Source: Lama guanicoe
Lineage: Eukaryota
Length of the DNA: 62,000 nucleotides
Assembly (NCBI GenBank): GCA_013239625.1
Contig: MU053379.1
Span: forward strand, 4,235,229 to 4,297,228
Reading direction: 5' to 3'
Positions within the stretch are counted from its first letter, which is position 1. Each line of letters opens with the position of its first letter. Position numbers and translations under genes: made by a program. The notes beneath the pieces were generated by a model, which had not been told where the DNA came from, did not search any database, and saw only the letters and a list, made by a program, of their open reading frames with translations. This document shows, piece after piece, positions 13,406 to 26,397 of the stretch.

Positions 13406-15479
13406 GAGCGCTGTTGCTCTGACGCCTGGCAGTTGGTCCTGAGCTGGATGGTGAGCTGGGCCTTCATGGATGAGAAGTGGACAGTCCATCTTCACCTGCT
13501 CTCGGTTCTCCCCTCCTACTCACTCACAGCCGCACGGATCCTCCCCAGCTTCCCAGTGCGCACGGTTCAGAGCCTGTCCGCAGCCTGCAGCCCAGAGGCT
13601 GGCGGACGTGCTCCCAGGGGCGTCCCCCTCCCCGCCCCCACCGGCCTTGTCAGCTTCCCGCCCCTCCCACCCGCACCTCCTCTCCTGGGACCTCCCTGGT
13701 TGCCCGGAGGGGACCGGGAACCTACCGCAATGATCAGTTTGTGACTCGGAAGCTATCATTTTCCAAGCAGGGAAAATGGCCCAAGCCAAGTCTCAGCTGC
13801 AGTCACCCCGCATCACAAATGCCCCTTAACTCTTGTCCCTCAGGAACAGGGCGCAGGGGACCTGGCTGATCCCTGTGAATCTGGTGCCGGGCTCGCCCAG
13901 GGAGGAAAAAGGGACAGCGCGCCCCTTTCCTCAACACCGTCCAGCCTCCTAGCTGACCCCGGTGTGCGTGGTTAAGGAGCAAAATGGATTCCGAAGAAGA
14001 GAAAGTCACAAGGAGACCTCTGCTTACTGAGTTTTGAACGGGGTTTGCATCCCCCCTCCCCGCCCCGGAAAAGACCTGGGCCTCTGCTGAAGGTGACTGG
14101 GGCCAGAATCCTCTCCCCCTGATGCTGGCCCATCGCTAAGCTGTAGCCGGGCTCCTGCGGGAGAGACAGAAGGAGACCAGGCGCCCTGCAGTAGCAACCC
14201 GCACACGCGCAGACGTGGGCCCCCTGCTGGGAAACGTGCTGTTTCTCTTGCTTTGCTGCCCAAACGCCTTCCAACATGTATTATAGGAAACGTTCAGAAA
14301 CTAAAATTTGAGTCTCAAAGGTGCGAAGAATTAAAACTATAAGTTGTCTCCTGAGTGTTTATTCCATTTGCAATATGCACGCAGAACTGGGGCTAAGCCG
14401 CCTGTCCCCTGGGGGGTTCGAGCAAGTCATTCATTCTGAAAGGGGCTCCTTCCTCCAGGTATGAGTGGCTGAGTGGGAGGGACTGCACTTTTTTCTGTGT
14501 GGGCAAATTGTTTCTAGCACATTCATAAAAGCACAGGGAAAATCACTGTAAACACAGTAAGAATTTTGGACCAAGTACTTAATCCATGTTTGACTTTAGA
14601 GCAGTTGAGGACCAGGGCGGACAAACCTAGGGACACTGCAGCCGCTGTGAGAGCCTGGACAGGCAGTGCTAAGCACGAAGCACAGACCTGCTGCATCGCC
14701 TCGTGGGTCGTGTTTCTGGGAGCAGGGAAGGGAGTGCGCGATGCCGACCCTGGGTGTTGCTTTATGTCACGTCTCCTGTGAACATGCTGCCTGTGCTCCA
14801 GGGAGTCTGCGTCAGCTGACCTGTGCCTTTCAAAATCCTGTGGGTTAGTTCTTCCCTTTAAGAGGAAACCTGGTCAACTCATTCCTCTGAGTCCCCGAAA
14901 TACAGTGCTAAGTAGACGCTAATGATGAGGAACACCTGGTCAAGGCGGGGGTCCTGCCGGGCCTGGGCAATGGGAGGAGGCTTTTCTCTACTCCCCTGTT
15001 TCTTTTCCTTTTTTTTCCTCCCTTTGAACACGTTGAACTTAGAAATGCAGAATTTTTTCTGTATGTTTATTCCTTGGGTTTTCTGCCCCCCCGGCCACCC
15101 AGTGTTTGGGATCTTCATGGTGGAAGGGGTAATAGTTGCATCAAGCTCGACAGATCCCCAGATCTTTCTCGGGTGGGAGTTCCCTTTGTCACCAAGGAAG
15201 GGGAGTGAGATGTTGAGGGCCAGCCTCAGACCACCCAGCCCTTCAGAGCCGACCCAGGCCCCCTGACCCAGCCCCGACCTGCTTCCGCGATGTACCGTTC
15301 TCTTCCTCCCCAAAGACGTTCTTTTTCTGAGACCGAGGCGGCATCAGACGCATGGGAGGAAAGGAAAATGCTCACAGGTAGCGTTCTCCTCTCTCGGTAC
15401 TGAGTGTGTGCTTGCCGCTTACCTACGCGCCCGGGATCCTAACTCAAGAGGAACAAGGTTAAATGAGCGGTGGCCCAAC

Positions 15480-15830
15480 TTGATCATGGAGGATTATGGA
15501 GCTGTTATAAGAACGATGTGAATCTCCATGTAGTCACATAGAAAGAAATCACATAGAAATCATGTGAAATCATATATCTGCTTTATGATAGAGGGTTAAA
15601 TAATTGCAGGATGTGCGTAATTTGATTTAATTTTTGTAAAAATACCCCTGACGGTCTGCACAGAGGAGGCTTGAAGGCTGCACACCAGACTGTAACAGTC
15701 ACAGCCCGGGCAGCTGGGACTTGGGGGGCCGGGAGAAGGCTTCTGCTTTGCACATTATATTTTCCTTGTTGTTTTTTTCCCTTTAGCAATTATATCTTCT
15801 GTCTTTTCATTAAATAATATTAAACAAACA
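15480..15830 (+). mobile_element. Degenerate L1ME-type 3' fragment
   Basis: ATGGAGGATTATGGAGCTGTTATAAGAACGATG start and AT-rich tail resemble old L1 3' ends. Confidence 0.45.
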
Positions 15831-16689
15831 TTGAAAAGCATGGTCTTTGCCACTGGGCCCCTGACAGGCTGCACACAAATATTTCTGGTCCTCATTCATT
15901 GAACATGTACTTTTCTATGTCTTGGTTTGGAGGGAATGAGGAATCCACCGGAGAAGTGGCGATCATATTTGCAAGAAGAGCATCAGCCTGGGAACACCCG
16001 CAGGCCAGGGGAGTTAGGAAGGAAACATAAACCACTAAGATTGAATAAATCTGTCCTAATTTAAAAAATAAAAAAGTGGATGTCCCAGGGCAGACTTAAA
16101 GAGCCGGCTAGTACTTCAACTGCTTAATTGTTTATGGTCTTCAGGAAGGGGAAGGACTGACACGAAGCTCTCTGTGGTTTAGCTTAATTAATATTTATGA
16201 CTGCAGAAGAAAATTAAATAAGGTAAACGGTGTAATTTTAAACAGCCTGTGGTCACGGCTTGCAGGGCTCACAACAAATTCAGAAGCGAGAAGAGAGAGT
16301 TCTGTGGGAATGGCATGATTTCAGTTTTCTCTCCCTACCCCCCGCCCCCCTCCAGCCATTTTTTGCAGGGACCTCCAATGCTGACTTCTCAGTGCTACAA
16401 CCACCCGCCTGGTGCACTTTTTTTTTGCATATTTTCTTTGTCTTTTTGACTGAATTGTCTGCAGGAAGATTTTCTTCCTTCAGGATGGGGGTGACGGTGA
16501 AGTCCAAGGACGTTAGCTCTGGAACCATCTGCCGTGGCTCTGCAGGGTGTTTCTAGGGTGTGCGTCTGCCACTCACCGATTCTTTCCATGGTTTGATGAT
16601 GCGAATTTTTCTGTCTCGGGAGCTGAGAGGTGATGAGATGGCATACGTTCCTGTAATGGGGAATCCGGAAGTTGGTTCAACTTCTGCAT

Positions 16690-16795
16690 ACTAATAAATG
16701 TTTATTGGGTGGATGGATGGATGGATGAATGGATGGGGGTGGATGGACAGATGGATGGATGGATAGATGGAGGGAGGGGTGGATGGAAGGAAGAA
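16690..16795 (+). repeat. (GGAT)n microsatellite on an L2-like tail
   Basis: AATAAATGTTTATTGGGTGGATGGATGGATGGATGAATGG... Confidence 0.8.
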
Positions 16796-17139
16796 GACAA
16801 ATTGTATGCAACGTTGATTGAAAAACTTACAGTTTACCCTGGTTTTGGGGGGATAAAATTAGATTACGACAAATCCTGGGTGAGTGCTTTTCAAACCTTA
16901 ATTGACGGCTCATCAATGTGTTGTGACAGCAACCTTCTCCACTGAAGTGACCATCAAATAAAGGAAAGGACTAGAATGGAATCTCTGTACATCTCACATA
17001 GAAAAAGCGTGCGTGGTTCTGAAAGACTGTTTTTGTTATAAACGTGTGTGTATCTGCAGCAGGATGGATGGAAAATCCTGACTGTGATTCTCGCCAAAAA
17101 GCCTGAGAGACCAGGTACACTGGCATCTGAGGGCTCTCC

Positions 17140-17275
17140 CCAAGAACAGCTTCAGGTTTCTCATCTGAAATGGGGATGACAGCCAGACCCGTGGCCTGGG
17201 TGAGGATACAGGGAGCCGAGGCACTCGCTGGTGGCTCAGCCTGGCACCCGGCGTGGGAAGAACTCTGATCCGTGC
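17140..17275 (+). mobile_element. MIR SINE fragment
   Basis: CTTCAGGTTTCTCATCTGAAATGGGGATGACA core followed by TGAGGAT...CCTGGCAC. Confidence 0.65.
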
Positions 17276-20200
17276 TGCTGTTCCTCCCCTGCGCCCCGTG
17301 CGCGTCCTCAGCATCACGGCGCGGGAAATCCCAACACTGCGCAGAGAGAGGCGTGAGGCTGCGCTTCACAGGCTGTCCTCCCAGCTCTAGTCAAATCAAC
17401 ACTCTTAAAAGACAGTCGACTTGCTCAAAATGACACCACATATTGAAAAGATCGTTCTCATGTCTCTGGACGAGGTTAGAGCTGAGCCGAGCTCTGGGTC
17501 AAGGACTCTCCAGAATCAGAAGGGTTCTAACCCACTCGTGACTCTTCTCAGCAAAGCACCAGACCTGGCTTCTACCCCATGGCTTTCCCGCCCTTGGAAA
17601 GTTAAATTCAGCATTTTATTTTTGTTCTGATAGTAACTCCCGACCTCTCCCTGTTTCCAATTCCTTCTAAACCCTCTATTACGTGCTTTTCCCACTCCAT
17701 CCTCTTCCTGAAGTCGGCTGGCCCAGAAGACCCCAGCTTCCAGGGTTTGGGCGATTCCCTCTCTTCACCCCTCCCAGCTCACTGTTCCTCTTTTTGATTT
17801 TCATCTTTTCTCTTGTTTTCTATTGTTCCTACATTCTTCCCACACACATCCCACACCCCATGGGGCCATCTTCCACCCAGTGAGGTCCTCCCAGTGACCC
17901 AGACCTGACAGAAGCCTCCTTCATCTTTCCGGAAGGGCCATCAGCTGCCCGAGCCAGCCCACCACCGTTCTCCTGCGGGCTGCTTCAGACCAACCTGGGG
18001 AGGGTGCTCGGGGGTGAAATGTTTGCCAAGTTGCACCCATTAGATAAAAAAAAAAAATCTTCCACTTGGACTTATTTCCGGTGATGTGGAAGGTTGCATT
18101 CTCCTAAGCTGACCGTGGTAACCACCGATTCTGTAAGAAAATGGAAACCCTGCACATAGGGACAGAAAACCCCCCCTTTTCCATGGGACCTGGTGAGTTG
18201 CTGAGTGAGAACAGGGGTCCCCACGAGCAGCAGCTGCTTCACCCACTGCTTAGAAAGACAGAAAAAGTCATACTGGTGGAAAGACCGCAGTGGGGGTGGG
18301 GGGACAGAGGACGCATTTCTTAATTTGCCAATAGCGTCGTTCAGGACTGTTCTCTTCCTTACCTGGTATCTCAGCAAATGCGTCTGTGCCGTATTTCAGT
18401 TGGCCTTTGGGCTTTCTCCAGGCTCACACACACAGCGTGACTCTTGCTTTTCCTTGCCCTGCAGCATGCGTACCCCACTGGCTTTGCATCAATCTGCTGC
18501 TGGCAGCATCTCAGGCGAGGTTCCCAGACGCGGAGCCTGCGTGTGACTTCTTGGGGTCATGGTGCCAGGAGAAGGCAGGAAGGGAGTAGGGGAGCCCACA
18601 GACTGAGGACTGAGTGACTAGCACCTCATTCCCTCGCCATCATGAGTAAAGAGCCCTCCAGGGGCTGGCCACACACTCTCAGGCACTTGGGACTCTCTGG
18701 GGAGCCTGCCAAGGGGCTCCTGGAGCCCAGGGGTGGGCTCTGATGGAGCAGCCAGCGCAGAGGCCCTGGAAGCCCCCACCAAGTGGCAGAGGTGGGATAG
18801 GGAGGCAGTAGGGCGCCAACGTCATGTGTTACAGGTTTGCAAATTTTGCTATCATAGCGAGTGCTGCAACGCGTCTTCTGCACGCCTCTCCTGCGCGCGC
18901 CTGTGTTCCTCTAGTGCCTGGCGGGTCTGGAGAGTCACACAGCACGCCCTGCGGAGGTGCCCTCTGGGGAAGAAAGGGGGCGTGCTGGGGTGAGGGCGTG
19001 TTAAAGGAAAACCTGTCCTTACCTGTCCTGCTATAATTTTTTGCAAAGACAAGGCACCTGCATGTTGCTCTCGTATTAAAGTCACACTGCAATGTTCCCA
19101 AGAGCAACAAATTCAAATGCCAGCAGCTCCAGCCCAGCAGCCGCGGGTCACCTCCTTGCTCTGAGTTCCTCCCCTCTGGGTTACAGTCAGTGGTCAGAGG
19201 GATGGGACGGAGTCCCCTTGCATGTGACTCCAGGGATGAGGGATTCTGTGATCCAAGGCTCCCAATGTGGCCTGCATTCTCGTCCATCCCTCCCACCCGT
19301 GTGATGGGGCGTGTAAATCAACCTGGGTCTTAGTGTCCATTTAAAGGCACATTTCTCCATGTTCCTGGAGCTGAGCCAGCATGCGTCTGACACACACTTA
19401 CAAATCCCCAACCCGCTCCACGGGTGCTGGGCTCACAGGCACTGTGGATGTCTTCAAGGAGTCCCAGGGCCGGAGCTCACAGGGGTAAATGCAATGCGCT
19501 GTGTTAGTCACCCCCCGACAGCGGCAATCCGCCTTCCCTGGGCTGGGTGGAAGGGTCGGCGCCTCCTGCCAAGGGGGCGACGTCAAGTCAGACTGGAGGA
19601 AGAGGAAGAGCCCTCCAGGCTGAAAGGGACCGAGGGCTTCCCCAGCTGAGGGACATGCCAGTGCACAGTGGGGACGTGAGCCAGCTGTGGCAGGACAGAG
19701 GGTCAGCCTGTTTGAGGCCTCTTTTCTCGAGAGGATGGGAGTCACTGAGGGTTTGGACCAGCTATCTCCCGGCAGTGTGGAGCGCAGTGAGACTGGGCCT
19801 TGGCATGGAGGGGCTCCTGGCACGCTACGGGTGCTGCCCACCGACTGCATCAGCTGTCAGGCCCGCAGGGTCGCCTTGGATGCAGAGGTCACGGCCCTTC
19901 CTGGGGTGGCCCGCAGTCAGCACTGGTGGATGTGCTCTCAGCCCCACTCCAGATGACCCTGAGGGCTGCACCTGCTCTGGGGCTCCCCATGGGGTCCAGC
20001 GAGACCATTCTGGAGCCACATGGAAGCTTACGCCCACCTCGCCCCACCGCCCTCCCCGCTCCGCCGGGCACTCATCCCCCTGATCCCCCGTGGGCGTGGC
20101 ACGTGTTAACCCCACCTAGAGGCTGCCCCAGGGCCCCAGTGAACAGGCATGTTGGAGATGGCAGCACCCATCCAGGAGCGGGGCGCTGCAATGATGGAGA

Positions 20201-20837
20201 GAGCCAGGCTCTGCCTGTGATGGTTTCTCTGGGAAGCTCCAGGTGGACACAGGATGACATCAGATGACTTGAAAATACAGAACTGGGGGTGGGGGTGGGG
20301 TCAAAGTTCTGTGTCTTAGTTTCAGGCCCCTCAGAAGTCGATCCAAGGATTCAAGTGCAGGTTGGGCGTCTGGCTGAGGAGACACCGGAGGAGGATTTGG
20401 AGAGTGCGACCAGGAAGGGGAGGCGCTGATAATGGCCCTCAGGATGCCAGTTCCTGCCCTGGGCCACCCGTCAGCGCAGCGGGCAACCTGCACTCCCCAC
20501 GGAGCCCTGGGGGCGGGAGGGAGCTGGGCACCTGTGCTCTGATTCCTGCAGCTGCTGACCCAGCGGGGCCGCTGGGGAGTCTGGTCCTCCGGGCACGTCC
20601 AGTCCTGTGCGGAGAGGGAGATTCTGCCTCCAGAAAGCTGCAGATTCTGGCAAGTGCAAGTCGGGTGCAGGGGAGACACCGAGCGCCCTGGCCTCACCCC
20701 GGTAAATTCTAGCGTCTCCCCCGAGCCTCAGCCCCTCGGTCACAAAACCAGGCGAGTGGCGACAAGTGCCTCGGAGTCCTGTCAGCGTGAAATGTGACTT
20801 CGCTTTTGTTCTCAAATGGTATCTTTAAGGATGGGGG

Positions 20838-21010
20838 AGGGGGAGGGCAGATCTCAGTGGCAGAGCGTGCGCTTAGCACGCACAAGGTCCTGGGTTCAAG
20901 CCCCAGCATCTCCATTAGAAATAAATAAATAAACCTAACCACCTCCCTCCCAAAGTGACAATAAAATTAAATCCTAAAAGTTAAACCCTTTAAAAGTAAA
21001 ATAAATAGAA
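20838..21010 (+). mobile_element. tRNA-derived camelid SINE (Vic-1-like)
   Basis: GGGGAGGG..CTCAGTGGCAGAGCG (A box), GTCCTGGGTTCAAGCCCCAG (B box), AATAAATAAATAAACCTAA-ACCTCCC and an A-rich tail; homologous to three other copies in the window. Confidence 0.85.
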
Positions 21011-22399
21011 AGAACGAGTGCCGGGGCGGGAGAGACAGGTGGTCGTGTAAGAGTGCCGACCGCTGCGACCACATGCCCTGGATGCGTCCCAGGCGTGGAG
21101 AGGCCCCGGTCTTCCGGACGAGGCCCACCTTCCAAGGACGGGTTTTCAGTTTCACGTGCAGTTAGTCAAACTTCTGTGCTGCCAGCGACCTCTAGAACTG
21201 TCTAGAATGCAGTCACGCCATCTCCTCACTTTTAAGGCCACCATCTGAGGACGGTGAGGTGAGGTCAGTGTCCCCCGGAGGCTTAACGGGACTGAGGGTC
21301 CTGTCCCCACTGCAGTGCTGGCCGCTCCACAAGCCCTCTCCCTTACTTGGAGGAAGGCAGATGGAAATGCCTGGCTTCTAAAGCCGCGAATTCCCAACGC
21401 CCAGCGGCCGAAGGGTCAGCTGAAGGGCTGGGTAACGACGAACTTTGTCACCTGTTAAGTAGAAGGCGAGCTGCTGCCGCGCTGCGGGCTTCCTGGTGAC
21501 GTGACTCACCCGCAGGGAACGGGGGCCCGCGGTAACCTTGTCTCGCCGGGGAAAATCCTCAGGTGAGGGCCAGACCTCAGCCGCTCCCAGAGCCTGGAGG
21601 CCAGAAGGCTGAGGTCACAGAGGGGAACTCTACAGTTCGACCCTCAGTGCTTTTGTGCAGAAACCCAGGACTGTGATGGCTCCCACCACACGTGAGAAGG
21701 GACACCCGACTTTCAGGGCTATTGCTGCAAAGCACCGATGGAACTCCTGCCGCCCTTGTAAGAACTGGCACTCCCTGGGTCTCAGGTTGACTTGCAACCG
21801 ACAGCCTTTGGTTAGATCCCCGTGTGGTTAATGGGGCCTTAAGGCAGTCTCAAGCCCTTCAGAATTTATCACGTGCTGCCACTCTCTGTTTATTTGTGCC
21901 ACTGTCCCAAGAGGCCTTCCTGTGATTGAGTTTTGTGTTCTAGACACGCATCATTTTGAGTTTTAAATCTGGATAACTTCTGGAGGACCGCGTCCCACCG
22001 CCTAATCTCATTTTAGACAGAACCACACAGGTTTAAGTGAGAAAAGCCCACGCCTGCACCTCAGCTCGAGATGTTTCAGACTCTCTGACCTGAGCGTGAA
22101 GAGGAAAGGCCGAGCCTGCGATTCACTCTCCGCTCAGTTTCAGGCCCAGGAGCGCTGGAGGGATGTGCGTGTGTGAAGGGGTGGGCAGGAGACTGACCCG
22201 CATCCAGCCCTTGCCAGGGGTCGTAGCAGAGGAACTGGTGTCCATCCCCAGGGCTGCCGGCCGTCTGCGCGAGCTGACTGGGTGCCAGCGCCCAGCAGCA
22301 GCCAATCACAAGGTGCCAGAGGGGGGCCTTCGCCTCAGTTGCACTCAGACTTGGGAGGGTGGGAAGGGATGAGCAGAGTAGCCAGCTGGCAGCACTGAC

Positions 22400-23080
22400 T
22401 GCTGGGGTGCTGGGCAGGGGTGTTGGGGTGGGGTGCTGGGGTGTGGTGCTTGGCTGNNNNNNNNNNNNNNNNNNNNNNNNNNNNNNNNNNNNNNNNNNNN
22501 NNNNNNNNNNNNNNNNNNNNNNNNNNNNNNNNNNNNNNNNNNNNNNNNNNNNNNNNNNNNNNNNNNNNNNNNNNNNNNNNNNNNNNNNNNNNNNNNNNNN
22601 NNNNNNNNNNNNNNNNNNNNNNNNNNNNNNNNNNNNNNNNNNNNNNNNNNNNNNNNNNNNNNNNNNNNNNNNNNNNNNNNNNNNNNNNNNNNNNNNNNNN
22701 NNNNNNNNNNNNNNNNNNNNNNNNNNNNNNNNNNNNNNNNNNNNNNNNNNNNNNNNNNNNNNNNNNNNNNNNNNNNNNNNNNNNNNNNNNNNNNNNNNNN
22801 NNNNNNNNNNNNNNNNNNNNNNNNNNNNNNNNNNNNNNNNNNNNNNNNNNNNNNNNNNNNNNNNNNNNNNNNNNNNNNNNNNNNNNNNNNNNNNNNNNNN
22901 NNNNNNNNNNNNNNNNNNNNNNNNNNNNNNNNNNNNNNNNNNNNNNNNNNNNNNNNNNNNNNNNNNNNNNNNNNNNNNNNNNNNNNNNNNNNNNNNNNNN
23001 NNNNNNNNNNNNNNTGGGGTGCTGGGCAGGGGTGCTGGGCTGGGGTGCTGGGCTGGGCTGCTGGGTGGGGTGCTGGGGTG
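22400..23080. repeat. G-rich (GGGTGCTGGGC-like) minisatellite spanning assembly gap 22457-23014
   Basis: The same degenerate unit occurs on both flanks of a 558-N gap. Confidence 0.8.
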
Positions 23081-23149
23081 GGCTTCTTCCCCTGAACTAC
23101 CTCTTCTGCAGGAACCCCCCTCCTCCTTAGGTTTCCAACCCTTTCTCAA

Positions 23150-23420
23150 GTTTCTGTAGGCAATCTCATAAGTCACCTCTTTTTCTGGTGGGAGAATATT
23201 CTGGAAAATGGGCAGAGAAGGAGCCTTCTGCCCGCAGGTTGGTGGGAAGGTCTGCCTTAAAATGTTCCACGGTCTGTGCTAAATCTGCCGGGCACCCTCA
23301 GGGCCTGGAATAGCCACGGCCGAGTTTATTTAAACGTTTACAAGGAAAGGGGAAGGCGCACCACTAGGGTGTGTTGAAGCCACTGTTCCTGAAGGGCTTG
23401 TGTGAGAAAGGCCAGAGTCG
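23150..23420. promoter_or_regulatory. Candidate orthologue of the Foxa2 node/notochord enhancer
   Basis: About 15 kb upstream of the distal TSS, as in mouse. 23337-23363 aligns without gaps to the mouse core element as I recall it, and forkhead-like GTTTATTTAAACGTTTAC is adjacent. Confidence 0.5.
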
Positions 23421-24819
23421 GGGCTGGGAGAAACCTCAGTTCTGCTTTAGCTCAGTCTTGCTCATCAGCACGGACTTGTCTCGGCAACCGTGTCAACACG
23501 GGGCAGAACCTCCTGCTAGTCACCAGCTTTGAAGTCCTGGGATCAGGCCTGTCTGCCCTCGTCAGCCCCCTGCCCCTGGGCTCTGCTGGGGGCGCCCCCT
23601 CGTCCCCAGCTTGTCGTCCAGTCTAACAGGTGGTCGACACCAAGGTTTTCGTGGCTTGACAGACACACTGATGATAGAATTTCAGGAGAGCGTCACCATT
23701 AGAATCAAGCCCTTGACCTGGGTCTCCGATTCTGCCGCTTCCAAGCTGGTCACCGTGGGGAGGTCACGTAGCCTCCCCGAGACTCTGATTTCTTCATCCC
23801 CCAGGAAGGAAATCCCTCCTCCTTCTCAGCCCACCGGGCACCCGTGGGGGCTCCCAGCGAGATGCCAGTCAGGACCCACGGAAGCGCAGCGAGACGTGTG
23901 CCTGTGGTGGCAACAGCTGAATGCATTTCCACTGAAGTCACGAGGGGTCTGACTGATGACCTCCGGCCTGGGAGCTCTGGGCGGCAGCGTTACCGGGGCG
24001 GCTGCAGGCCTGCCCGCCCGCGGAGCACGGTGTCCGCCCAGGAGGAGACAAGGGAGGCCAGGGTATGCTTGCCTGGAGGGCGGTGGATGCTTCCTGCAGA
24101 GAAGCTAGACGCCCCCCTCCTCCTGCTGCTCCTCACTGCATCGCGTCCTCATCCTGGGACGGAGTCCTCAGGTCTGAGATTGGCATCTCAGAGGGCAAAC
24201 CTGTTCTCCCACAGAAGGTGACGTAGGACACTGGATTGTTCTAACTCAAGGCAAATGTTTCCAATGTTTTTCATGGTTTTTTCTAAAACCAGAGAAATAA
24301 GTTTTGACTAGCCCTGTCCTCGCCCAGAGCTCGGCACCGACTTTGGGCTCAGGCTCGAGTGAGCCGGCTCTGCCCCCAGCCCAGCCCCTCGGGAGCTGGG
24401 GGATCCTGAGTGAGCTGGGCAAGCCCCAGGAACTTGACCTTTAAAATGGGGCGAGGACACACATGTGGCCAGAGACTGTGACGGTGACCCGAGATCTCAG
24501 GGCGGGGTGGGGTGAGGCTTTGCCCCACGACCTAGTGCTCAAGGACACAGAGGTCTGCAAGCCAAAGGGTCTGGCCGTGCCTCTTACAGACCACTTGCTG
24601 CCTGGGGGGACGTGGAATGGGTTTGGCCCCCTTACAGGTTTTTGGTTTTTTTTAAACAAAGGTTCGCATCTACTCATGAGGACTAAGAGCAAACCCTTAT
24701 TAATGAAAATATCAAACCAGTGTCTCTTCGGCCCCTCAGCCAATCCCACTCTCTCCTTGATCCACCCGCTGTGAACGTGAGTCCGTGGCAGGTGGTGGAG
24801 GAGTGTTCTCCGGCCCATC

Positions 24820-24975
24820 GCTACTTCAACCTTACGGTGCCCACCGGTCACCCGGGGGCTCCTACTCACAGGAAGCTTCTGCTTCAGAGGGTCCAGGGGC
24901 TGAAGTTCTGCATTTCTCACGTTTCTCACAAGCTCCCAGGCAGTGCCGACCTCCCAGCCCAGAAACAACCAGTCC
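24820..24975. mobile_element. MER5-like DNA transposon relic
   Basis: TCACCCGGGGGCT...TTCTGCTTCAGAGGGTC...TCTGCATTTCTCAC..AAGCTCCCAGGCAGTGC. Confidence 0.6.
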
Positions 24976-26397
24976 TGGAGGATAAAATGGTCACTGACTT
25001 GCTTTGAGGCTCAAAGTCTCTTTCTTGAGCCCATAGCAAGGAAGCAATTTTTGAAAGCCAAGTTTAGGGGACAGAAAAAAGATATTTTAAAATCTAGAAT
25101 CTTCCTTTACATGAAGAGAGTGCAGATGGACAGGCTCAGATCCTAAAATCGTCACCATGAGCCGTAGCAAAGGGGTGTTGCAAGATGTGACGTGAACCCA
25201 CCGCCCAGCAAACGGGCAGCAGGACCCGACCCCGGCCCCGGAGGCTCAGGGGGAGCGGAGCAGCGGCGGCTTCCCGGCTCTGCCTCCTGACGCCCGCACC
25301 CCGGGTGAGGGAGGGGTGCGGAAGCAGCTTGAAGGTGTCTGTCTGAGACTCCAGAGACATCTGGGCGTGTGTCCCCTCTTCCGACAAGGGAGGGCAGCGG
25401 TAGAGAGAACTGCAAGGGGAGCCTGGGCTTGGGGTGGAAGGTCCTGCCCTGGTGTCTGAAGTCTTCCTCACCTGCCTTGGTCGGGAGTGGGGGCCGGGCA
25501 CTCCTGCCACGGGCCCCCTGAGGTCGGGGTGCAGCGCCACTGCGGGATGGCACTGTCGTGCCTGCTGGGGGGAGCGGTGCCAGGGCGAGGGCAAGGTGTT
25601 TGGTGGGGAATTCAGGCTGAGACTGAAGGTGAGCATGACCAGGACCCCTGAAGGTGAGACTCAGCCATGTGTGTGGACCCCCCAGCCCTGATCCAGATAT
25701 GTGCTCTCCAGACCCCACCCCAGCACAGGGGATTGTAAGGCCCCCCCAAGAACCCGGCAAGGCCAGCACTGGGCAGGGGCACTGGGGGCTGCTGTCCAGA
25801 CCAAAGAAGAGGACTCCTTCACCTGGGGTCAGCAGATCTAGGGGAGGTCCCGCCCAGGCCCAGGGGTGACCCAGGGACCTCCCTGACACACGAGGACGTG
25901 AGCGTTTCCTGAAATGATGAATCTTGGAAAGAAGGAAGGAGAGAGATAAACGGCCCGGTGGGAAGGAGCCTGCAGGGCAGGCGGGATAATGAGCAGACAG
26001 GCTGGGCAAACACAGGGACGGTGTGACTTTTAATTAGCAGACTCGCGTGGCCCCAGTCTTCAGAGGGAGCGCAGGTGAGAGTGACTTCAAAGTTGAGCCC
26101 AAGCACAGGAAATAAGCACTTTTTTCTCGGCACCTGGGACAGCAGTTCACAGCGCCACCCCTGCCACAGTGTTGTCAGCGATAATATCTCACCGCTCCGA
26201 CACCAAAGCATTTAACTCCTGTTTCTCTTCTGGACTCTGCCTTATACGTACTATTTTAACTTCATAACGAGGACAGAAGCCTGATACTTCACTGTCGTTG
26301 AGAACTGGACGTTGTGTTTTCCATATGTCCACGCTTGCCCATACTTCTGAATCTTTCTTGTTATATATTCAATCTTGCTGCCATTTATAGAGAAAAA

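Noticed and set aside
15229..15237. GLI-type 9-mers GACCACCCA (15229) and TGGGTGTTC (31472-31480)
   Set aside because: Single 9-mers are near chance expectation in 62 kb, and the known GLI-dependent floor-plate enhancer is 3' of the gene, not upstream.
20838..20915. tRNA-like sequences with A and B boxes
   Set aside because: They are SINE heads with shared 3' bodies and A tails, not tRNA genes.
22076..23176. Long ORFs spanning N runs (also at 38878-39539 and 49953-50855)
   Set aside because: Their length is an artefact of the assembly gaps.
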